64,000 bases of DNA from Selaginella moellendorffii (lineage: Eukaryota > Plantae > Lycopodiophyta). Under the pieces are notes generated by a model. The model searched no databases and was not told the origin of the DNA. It worked only from the letters and a program-made list of their open reading frames with translations. Below are positions 54,466-64,000 of this stretch, piece by piece. Both the position numbers and the translations under genes were made by a program. Every line of letters starts with the position of its first letter. The stretch's first letter is position 1. The stretch spans positions 1,371,544 to 1,435,543 of the forward strand of contig NW_003314269.1 in assembly GCF_000143415.4 (NCBI RefSeq), in the 5' to 3' direction.

Positions 54466-57356
54466 ATGGAACGCCGGAGCTGGCTATGGAAGAAGAAGTC
54501 GTCGGACAAGGTCGCGGCGGCGCCCGACGCAAGCGATCCATCGAACGACGAAAATGTGAGTTTTCTCGAACGATCAATTCGTTTTGTTTTTTCTTCTTGT
54601 CTTGAATTTCTGATTTTTTCTTGATTCTGTGGCAGCATTGTTCAAAGCTTGTGCAGCCCGAGCCCGTGGCGATTTCCATTCCCGAGGGATTGCAGCTCGA
54701 TGAGGTGGTAAAATTGCTGAGCGAGAGGCTGGCAGCTGCCCAGTGCGAAGTCTCGGAGAAAGATGCCGTTGCAAAGCAACACATGAAAGTGGCCGAGGAA
54801 GCTGTCACCGGTAAGATAAATTGGTGGAAGCTTTCGAATTTCTTTCAAGGCTCACACAATTCGCAGGATGGGAGAAATCAGAGTTGGAGGCCGCGACACT
54901 GAAGAAGCAGCTCGAAGATGCCCTGCAAAAGAAGGTGGCATTGGAGGACAGAGTCGCCCATCTGGACAATGCTCTCAAGGAGTGCGTCCGGCAACTCCGC
55001 CTCGTCCGGGAAGAGCAGGAAGAGAGGTTGCACGAGACAATTGCCAGGAAAACGAGGGAATGGGAGAGCTTGCGTTCGGGGCTTGAGGGCGAATTGTTGG
55101 AGTTGAGGAGCCAATTGTCACAATCGGGATCTCATGCCAACGCCGTCTCGAAATCCCTCCAAGAGCGGACAATGACGATCTTGGAGCTGAACGATTGCAA
55201 AGTCGCGGCGGAGATGGATGCCCGTAGCACCCGTGCCAGGCTCGAGAGCGTCGAGAAGGAGTACACGGCTCTAAAGTATGACCTCCAAGTACTCCAGAGG
55301 GAGCTGGAAATTCGCAACGAGGAGAGAGAATACAGCCAGAAGATGATGGAGGCTTCCAACCGGCAACAGATCGAAAACGTGAAGAAGACGAGTAGGCTGG
55401 AAGCCGAATGTCAAAGGCTGCGTATGCTGCTGAAAAAGAAACTTCCTGGTCCGGGGGCCCTGGCACAAATGCGTGTAGAGGCGGATCCTGGCGAAAGCCG
55501 GAGAAAAGGCATCGCAAAGCCCGGAAAGTATTGCTCGGAGCCAGCGGACGAAAGCAGCTTGGACGATAAAGAGAACGACATGTCCTTGGACAGGTTGCGG
55601 GCCATGGAAGAAGAGACGTCGTTGCTGAAAGAAATTCTCGCCAAGAAGAACGAGGAGCTCCAGGATTCGAGGCTACAGTGTGCTAAGACGGCCAGCAAGC
55701 TCTCGCAGTTGGAGGACCAAGTTCGTGTTCTCAAGCGGGCAAAGCCAGACGAGGAGGCAGCGGGGGGCACAGATAAGTTATTGGAGTCGACCAACTTTGA
55801 CCTTATGGAAGACTTTATTGAGATGGAGCGGCTGGCAGCCAACGACAAAGAAAACGTGAAACGGGACTCTGGCAGACTCGAAGCAGCACTCCGAGCGAAG
55901 GAAAAAGAGGTTCGTCAGGCAAACGATGTCTGTGCGGAGTTACGGAACAAGCTGGCCGCGGTGGAGAAGAAGCTCAAGGGTTGCCACTGTCGAAGTGCAA
56001 CGGATGGCTCGCTTGGGAAAATCCAGGAGACGGTGGACCTTATGTTCGGGCTCAAGAGCTGCAAAGACAAGCTCTCGGACACCATCGACGCGGAGTCCAA
56101 GGCCAGGCTAAGGTCCTCCGTTGGCAGAATAATTCATCTGGTGGAATCGATGGCGCAAGAAACTTCAATGCTTTCCTCGCCAGAACTGTCATCGCATGGC
56201 AGTGATGGCGGCGTGAAACGGCTAGTCGCTGTCAGCAAGAACTTACTGCAAGGCGAGGTTCCGGTCTTGGACTTTATTGCCGAGCTTTCGTGCGCACTCG
56301 ACTTCGTCGTGGGAATGAGCTTCAATGCTGGGGGAAGGCTGGAGTCTCCAAGCTTGTCCGAGCAGAGCCGAAGGTCGGCGACCGACTACGTGCAGGAAAT
56401 CCATCACCTGCGGTCCGAGCTCGCGGAGCTAGAGATCAGTCTCAAGTCTTCGACAGACACGGTCAAGAGCCTGAAGATTCATCTTGCTACTGTAGATGAA
56501 GAGCGATGCCTTCTGCAAAAGCAGCTGGCGGCCACGCAGGACGAAAGAAAAATACTTCAGAGCGAGGTTGGCGCCGTGACGGCTCTGAAAAACAAGCTGG
56601 AGTCGAGGGTGAACATGGCAGATACCGAGATACGTCAGGTCCGCCAGGAGAGCGCTCGCTTGGCAGCGGAGCTGAAAGAGGAGCAGCGGAGGCACCAGGA
56701 GGTCGCTCTCAAGCTGCAAATGCTCCAGCAAATCCCAAGGTTAGTCTTTCCACGACTTGTATATCATTCTTCTAACATCATGCTTCCCAACTTTCCAGAC
56801 ACGATGAAAGCATCACAATACAAAAGGTAACGCTTTGGTTTTCTTAGTCTTTGGTTTTTATAATCGCTTGCCACAGGAACAAGAGCTGATCGCTGCCGGA
56901 GAGAAGCTAGCGGAATGCCAGAGGACAATTCACGCGCTGGGGAAGCAGCTGGAATCGCTGGGCCTGCCACCGAGCTCCTCGCACACGACTCCGGCCAGGC
57001 ACTTCTCCCGGGTGTCGGAGCTCCCGAGCGCCACCATGGAGAGCTCGGACTACATCCACAAGCAGGAGACGTACTGGAGCTCCGAGGGAACGCCTGGATT
57101 CGCCGCGCGCCACCAGCCGGGGATGATCTCTTACTCGGCACCCCAGGCACCGGAGGAGATCCCTCTAGAGGTGAGGACTCCCGCGAGATACTACCGCAAG
57201 TGCAAGGCCGCCGCCGCCGCCGCCGCCACCAAGAGCTATGGCAACCACGGGGAGCTGTCCAAATCGGCGGATATGTGCTCGCATTCTTCCGAGAAGCACG
57301 GCGGCGGCGTCCTGGGATTGGGAAAATTCTTCTCTCGCGCGAAAGCAAACCACTGA
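54466..57356 (+). CDS. FPP: Filament-like plant protein (FPP, DUF869), multi-exon coiled coil
   Basis: MERRSWLWKKKSSDK start, KQHMKVAEEAVTGWEK, HLDNALKECVRQL, LEAECQRLR..KKLPGPGALAQMR, LMEDFIEMERLA, KLAECQRTIHALGKQL. Confidence 0.95.
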
Positions 57357-57942
57357 GAAGCTCGATAGATCATCGATCAAGCCAGTGCTTTCCATGTAAT
57401 TTATTCTTGCTTTTGTAACGACTCTCTCGCGCCGAAATTTTAAATCCTTAAAGTTTTTAGATTAGGCGCCAGATTTCTAGGTCATTTTGGCTGCCCTAAA
57501 GATCTCTGGCCGATCGAGGAAGCGATGGCGAAGGGATGGCGGCATTGGGAGCGGCGCCGCTGCTGGCGCTGGTGCTGCACTGGTGAATGCAGCTGGATGG
57601 ATCAGGGCGCCGCTGGTAAGCGCATCGCACACTTTACTCGCTTCTTTTCCCTCTTTCTCCGTGTAGAACGCATTTTTCTATAGCCTCGATTCACTCCTCG
57701 CTTTTGTTGGGCTTCGTGTAGGCAATAAACTAGACATTTGTTTCGGGAGGGCCGTTTGGCTCAGTTCTCCCGAGTTATTGGCATTTTCCTGCTTCTGGCA
57801 TGGCCACATGAGCTTCAGGTCTAGAATTGAGCTCAGCCTCACGTAAGCATACGCGTACTACTTTCAAAGTTTCTTTAAATCCTCTTTTCGCGTTGGTTCC
57901 AGGTGGTTTGGGCAAGAGCGATATAGTTTTTGAGGAGCAGCG

Positions 57943-60013
57943 ATGGAGGCAACAACAACGAGAAGCGAGGCTTCTTGGTTTCATCCCAAGCTTGCGGATC
58001 AAAACTTGCCAGAGAGATGGGGCCATTCTGGAGTCTACTGCGATGGGAAGCTCTACATCTACGGGGTAAGGGAGTTCTTCTCTCGCTTACTACTGGAACT
58101 AATGTCTAAGTTTACAGGGATGCCGTGGTGGTCTCCAGTTCAGTGATGTCTTGATGCTGGATCTGGAGACGGTGTCTTGGGAGAAACTTGTCACAACGGG
58201 CGAAGAGCCTGGTCCCCGGGACAGTCACACTGCCGTGCTTTACGATCACAAAAAGATGATAGTCTTTGGGGGTACAAGTGGATCAAAGAAAACTAACGCT
58301 GTTCACGTACTTGATCTAAAGTCTTTAGTCTGGGCTCGGCCATCTATGCAAGGCTCTCTTCCTGCTCCAAGAGAAAGTCACACGGCAACTATGATTAGTG
58401 AGAATCAGGCCTTGGTTTTTGGTGGAAGTGGTGACAACGGAGATTATCTGAGCGACACTCACATCCTGGATTGCGGGAGTATGAAATGGATTTCGCTGTG
58501 CGGGAAAGGCTACTCGCCAATTTGTCGGGACAGCCATAGCTCGGTCGTCATCAAGAATCGGCTTTTTCTATATGGAGGTGACTGTGGAGATCGGTACTTG
58601 GGAGGTGTGGATGTGCTTGACTTGGAGCTCATGACATGGTCCAAGGTAAGCTTTTTACTTACAACGTCTTGTCTCATAGCTCAAACTCTTTTTTCCTTTT
58701 CAGCTAGAGAATGCCGGGTCAACAACGAAGCCGGGAGTGAGAGCTGGTCACGTTGCAATAGCAGTCGACACAAAGGTGAAAGTCCTTGAAATCTTTGCGA
58801 AGAATCTCACAACTGAAAGCTTTCAGATGTATGTTTTTGGAGGTGTTGGCGACCGGACGTACTACAGCGATGTGTGGGCCATGGACGCTGAAACGCGTTG
58901 CTGGTCTCAACTGAAAATTCGAAGCTTGCAGCCACAGGGTCGATTCTCTCATGTCGCAGCTCGTGCTGATGACGGCGTAATTGTTTACGGCGGGTGAGAT
59001 GCAAAAGTCTCCATACTTCGTTTTCTCTGACCAGAGTGTGCAGATGTGGCGAAGACGAGAGACCTCTAGACGAGTTCCTCGTCCTGTGTATTGGCGGAGA
59101 CGAGCTGCCTAAGCCCGGGATTTGGTCAAAGCTTAATAACGAGCAGAGAATGCAGATAGTTGGACAGAAGACTTCTTCGCGGCCTTCCGTTTCCTCTCGC
59201 AAGGACGACTTGGTAGGCTGAATAATTGAATGGAACTTCACTCTTTTCTCAATTTGTCCTTTCAGGCGACTCGCCGTGTGTTGCGCAGCGAGAATCTGCT
59301 CATGAAAGGCGTTCTTCAAGGCTATGCAGCGGAAAGAACAATTCAAAGTACTTCTCTCCATTGTGAATTCTTCTCGTCCGGTTCTACAGTGCACAAGAAG
59401 CGGACGTCACGCGACTTATTAGTATTCCGTGAGAACGACGACTGGTCCGTTGTCGAATCCACAGTTTCAGGAAAGTGGCAAGCTCCAAATCATGGTTTCT
59501 CACACAACAGACATAAATCTCTAACTCTAAAGCTGGGGACCAATCATCACGCTCAGTGCTACGGCATTCAGGCAAGCGAAAAATTTCTGAGCTCGGAGTT
59601 TCAATCTCTTTTTATCCTTGTTTTGTTTTATCTTGTGTACGCACAGATTGGAAGCGAAGTGCATGGAGTTGTGGACGCTATGTTCGATTCAGGCTACCTT
59701 ATGACTGCTCACCTAAACGGCCAAGTTCTCCGCGGTGTTCTTTTCAGCCGCGTAAGTCTTTCTCGCTTTCACGTAGCGCTGTTCTGGATAGGACCAGGAA
59801 AAATCGTTTTTTTTTTTATTGCAGGATCGCGCGACTACGACCGAGAAAGAGGATGTCTCGACACGAGTAGAATCTCCGGGAAATTTAGCGTGGCGAAGCG
59901 CTGGTGTGGCTGCTCCAAGATCTATCGCTGTGGAAGAAAAGCCCAGCGCGATGAGTGACGACGAGGAAGAAGTGACGCTCAGCTTAGCTACTAATCACGT
60001 TTATGCGGACTAA
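57943..60013 (+). CDS. Kelch-repeat (beta-propeller) protein, multi-exon
   Basis: Repeats PERWGHS, PRDSHTA..IVFGG, PRESHTA..VFGG, RDSHS..LYGG, RAGH..YVFGG, RFSH..VYGG; C-terminal GVVDAMFDSGYLMTA..LRGVLF segment. Confidence 0.88.
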
Positions 60014-60181
60014 TCACCTTTTATGAGAAAGGGTATTTTACTCTTTTTCTATTTTTTAGATGTTTAGGGCAAGGCAGTGGATCGATCGCTTCGGCGTGGC
60101 GCAAGGGTAATGCAGGGGCTGGAGCCGATCCAGAGGCTGGTGCTTACCGATCTCACATCGGCAGAGCTCGATCCAGCGAGA

Positions 60182-61721
60182 ATGGCCGAATCTCCAGCTG
60201 AAGCCGACGGATTGAAAGATTCTGTGCCGTCGAGCAGCTCCCAGGGATCGGGAGGCTCTGGCGCCGGCAGAGGAGGCACGCTGCGGTGGATCTGGAGCGG
60301 CCTTGTGGGGATCTTGTTTGGCCGCAGGAACATTGATTTTGAGAAGAGGCTGCGGCATCTGTCCAAGGAGGAGGTCACTGTGCACAGCCGCTTGAAGAGG
60401 AGGACGCATACGTGGAGAAGGGTCGCGCGAGCTATAGTTCTTTACTCGGTGCTCATCGAGGTAAGGGAAAAATTTTGTGCCTTGCGGTCTTGCTTTCCTT
60501 TTTGTTTCCTTCTTTCCTAGAATCGAGATTTAAGTTTTTCTTTCTGGTTTCTGGAACACAGGTTCTAGCGCTAGGATTTGCATTGGTTTCCACCCGGTCG
60601 CTTGACATTCCTTGGAAGCTGAGAGCTATTAGAGTGTTCCCAGTTTTCGCAGTCCCTGCTATAGCAGCTCTGCTATACACAGCATGCTCGCGCTACTTCC
60701 ATATGAGTAAGAACTTTCAATGCGCTAGTACGTCCTCACGTTTCTCTTTCTTCTTTCATTTCCAGGAGAGCGTAAGGATCAGCGAACTCTAGAGAAACTG
60801 CGGGCTGAAAGACAGGCGAGGATAGACGAGCTGAAACAGAGAACGAATTACTATGCTACTCAAGAGCTTATCCAAGTGAGTTTTCTTTTCGTTTCGTTTT
60901 TGTAAGCTTTGCATCGCGCGTTTCCAGAGGTATGATCTAGATCCCACGGCCAAGGCGGCTGCCGCAAGCGTTCTGGCGGCCAAGCTCGGAGCCGAATCGG
61001 GCTTGAATGTGGCGTTCAAATCGTCAGAAGGCGCTGACAGTTCCAACGCCACTACTTCAGCGAACGGTGGGAAAACCCGCAGCCCCGAAACCAGCTCCGG
61101 TTTGAGGCAGCGCAAAGGATCACAGGCTCAAACCAAAGAGCCCCTCGACACTCAAGGATTTCTCAAGGCTCTTGAGGACGAAGTCAAGGGAGAGAGGGAA
61201 ACGGAGGCTCTGGACCGCGACGCCGCCATGGATCGGGCTAGAGGTCGGATGGGTGGTGGCTTCGCAGCAGCAGCAGCAGGAGGAGGAGGAGGAGGAATAG
61301 GCTGGCTGGCCCGCATCGCAGCCATGCTTGTTGGAGAGGATCCTTCCCAGTGCTACGCTCTCATCTGCAAGAACTGCCATATGCACAACGGTGAGAACTT
61401 TACACCCTCAAAGGCTGAGCTTACAACTTCTTTTCTTCTTTTCCCTTTTGCATTGCAGGACTAGCTCCGAAAGAAGAGTTCCAGTACGTGACGTACATTT
61501 GCCCACACTGCCGGGCCTTGAATGGAGGCCGGCAATGGCAAAGCGGCGAGAACGATGAGACACAGCGGCAGCACGAAAACCAGGCGGCGGCGGTAGCGGC
61601 GGTGGCAGCAGCAGCGGCAGCGGCGAGCTCGTCCTTCACGCCCAAAGATTCCAAGCAGGAAAGCCGCAGCTCCATGGTTACAGCAGCGCAGGATCACGAG
61701 CCAGAGATTCCTGATAGCTAG
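60182..61721 (+). CDS. LNP: Lunapark (ER junction protein; At2g24330-type)
   Basis: FEKRLRHLSKEE, two TM segments, RIDELKQRTNYY.TQELIQRYD, and zinc finger LVGEDPSQCYALICKNCHMHNG...YICPHCRALN. Confidence 0.93.
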
Positions 61722-61947
61722 AGCTCTCTAAAGAAGTCTTTGAGCAAAAGTTTGGATGTGGATACCAAAGATTTTTTCAAGTATAATCTCATTGAAGATC
61801 TTGGAAGCCCATCTATTCTCAGCATAGCCTCCAAGCTAAGAGTGAAATCAATCAAGTGGTTGGAATTTGAAAAGATCAAATCTTTAAAGTTTCCCGTTAT
61901 CTTTTAATTATGTTTTGGCTGTTTGAGGTTTAGGGCTCTTGACAAAG

Positions 61948-63322
61948 ATGGTGGAGGGAGCCGCCGCGGCGAGCGCTGGAGGCGAGCAGTCGCCGCTGGC
62001 CAGTCTCCTCTCGCGCTTCCAGCGCCGCCTCGCTCGCGCGGGCTACACCGCGCCGCCCTTCCCCGTCCAAGTGATTCAGGCCGTGGAGCGCAAGATCAGG
62101 CAGGGGCTGGAAGTCTTGGCGGCGCCGCCCCGAAATGTGGCCGCGGCGGCGTCGTTCGCGTGCCTGTCGCGCGGCGCAGCGGCATTTGGGGCGGAGGCGC
62201 CGGGGCGCCATCTCTACGACCTCGCGATGGCGCCCGACCAGGTCTCCAAGCGCCTCGACGGCGTCCCCGTCTACACGGTGAGCAACCACGACAACGAATT
62301 TGTCCTCATCTCCGACTCCAATGGCCACAAATCTCTGGGCTTGTTTTGCTTCCGCCACGAGGACGCCGAGGCGCTGCTAGCACAGGTATGAGTCCATCCA
62401 TCGCTCGATTCATCTCTTCCCCTTCTTCTTCCTCTTCTTCTTCTTCTAGGTTGACGTTCTCAAACTTTTGTAGCTTGGCAGATCCGAGATAGAGAGCCTG
62501 GCCTGGGCCGTGGAGCGAAGATTGTAGCTGTCTCTCTCGACAAGGTGCGAGCTTTCTTTTCTTACTTTGTATGTACTGAGAGCTTCTTTGCTTTTGCCTT
62601 TGCTTTCTTTGGCTCTGGATCATCATCAGGTCTACCAGCTCAAGACGGAAGGCATCGCTTTCAGGTTCTTGCCGGATCCTCTCCAAGTCAAGCATGCTCT
62701 TGAGGTCAGAAAAATCCCCTCTTTTTTTTCTCACTTTTGTTTCCCAAGTGGTGGACTGGACTTTTCTGTTTGTGCGTGTCGCAGTCGAGAGCAAAGACTG
62801 GCGATCCCGGGAAAGCTTTCGATGGCGTGCCAGTCTTTCAGGTGTGTGGAGAAACAGAGAAGAGGAGGTTTTGAATCTCGCTAAATGTTGCCATGGCAGT
62901 CGGATAACCTCGTCCTCCGGAGCAAGAACCGACGCTTCTGTCCGATATTCTTCTCCAAGGTATAAAAATACTCCTCCTTTCGCTGTTGCTGGACCGACAA
63001 AAACTGTGTTTTGCTTTACCAGGAGGATCTGGAGAGAGCGCTCTTGGGAGCATTCAAGCAGCAGCAGAAGATCAATCCCGCGCTCAAGGTGAACACCGAC
63101 ATCCAAGTCGGCAGCTTCGAGGACGTTTTGCAGCGACTGGAGGTAAGCTCTTCTCTTCCAATTGCGAAGTTCTCCCTGTTCTTCCAGTTCTTCCAGCTCT
63201 TAAAAATCCCGTGTCTGTGACAGTCAAGCGACGATGGCTCCGGCTGGGGCGACGTCGTCTTCATCCCTCCCGGAATGGACGCGCTCAGCCATTTCTCGGA
63301 GAAGGTCTCGGCGGTCGGCTAA
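61948..63322 (+). CDS. TIC22: Tic22-like chloroplast inner-envelope translocon component, multi-exon
   Basis: KRLDGVPVYTVSN..NEFVLISD, LGLFCFR.EDAEALL, VYQLKTEGIAFRFLPD, FDGVPVFQ, IQVGSFED, WGDVVFIPPG. Confidence 0.93.
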
Positions 63323-64000
63323 AAGGTCAAAAAGTTTTGGTGGATTTTTAGAGCAAAGGGGCAGTGACGTGTCTTTGTGGGGCCAGAATATTCCTTCCGC
63401 CGCTTGGAATATTCCGGCGCTACCTGGTTTAAGTGGTTCAAAGGGACCCGTCTCTCTCCCCCGGGCTTTGTGTGGTACCGTCCGCCATAGCCAAAAGCTT
63501 CGCCTAGACACCCCAGCCCTGTCACTTGGGTTTTGGAGTGGGGATCCATTTGGGTTGGGACTGGATTGGATTGGCATGGCCACGGCGCGGCTATAGGCTG
63601 TGGATCGCGCTCGCTCCTTGCAGCTAGGGTTTTTAGGGTAGCGAAGAATTTTGGGGCTTTTTTTTCTCGTGGCGAGAATTTTCGATTAGATTGATTTCTC
63701 TCCGGATCGATCTTGTTCCTGGAGGATTTCTTGGGGACTAGATCTGTGACAATCCTCGAGATCGAAAGGTGCGTTTGGGGTTTTTCCCTGTCGAGCCCTA
63801 ACCCTAGATAATTTATTTTTTTTTTCCTTAACTTTTTTTTTTCTTGCAAGTTGTTTTTCTTTGATAATTTTTGTATGAGGCAATTTAGCGAATTTTGATT
63901 GTACTCCTGGGAATGTTTGATGGAATCGATTATTTTGTTTCGACAGTCTCGTTCGCGATGATAGGACAACACAAGCGATCGCTCGAGCACTGTGTTTCCT

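Noticed and set aside
63590-64000. TAGGGTT / CCCTAA motifs as telomeric repeats, and ORF 63319..63990
   Set aside because: Isolated telo-box-like promoter motifs, also seen before the PP2C, kinase, PGM and TIC22 genes. The region looks like the 5' UTR/intron of a gene beyond the window.

Overview
Eukaryotic, land-plant nuclear DNA. Compact GC-rich genes with 50-90 nt GT-AG introns, telo-box promoters and P-class PPR duplicates suggest a lycophyte such as Selaginella (inference). The left ~53 kb is a rearranged, transposon-rich region. It holds two ~99% identical PPR genes (one split by a very young Ty1/Copia), a kinase + intronless PP2C pair, a phosphoglycerate-mutase-like gene with a truncated duplicate, and an AT-rich secreted bulb-lectin gene split by a very young Ty3/Gypsy. 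It also has a solo LTR and a decayed copy of that Gypsy family, a 5S-rRNA-carrying Cassandra-type TRIM nested in the decayed copy, a small TIR element, an E/K/Q-rich orphan, a GH17-X8 glucanase and an extensin-like pseudogene. The right ~10 kb is ordinary gene space (FPP/DUF869, kelch protein, Lunapark, Tic22). The strongest sequence-level finding is a complete -1 programmed ribosomal frameshift cassette (G_GGA_AAC, 6-nt spacer, H-type pseudoknot) at the gag/pol junction of the Gypsy family, which also makes 4-bp TSDs and has a tRNA-Ala-type PBS. Next are the Cassandra-like TRIM, a Cys-rich upstream ORF in the Copia leader, and the reconstructed 307-aa lectin with an unrecognised N-terminal domain. 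All alignments were done by eye; no database searches were run.
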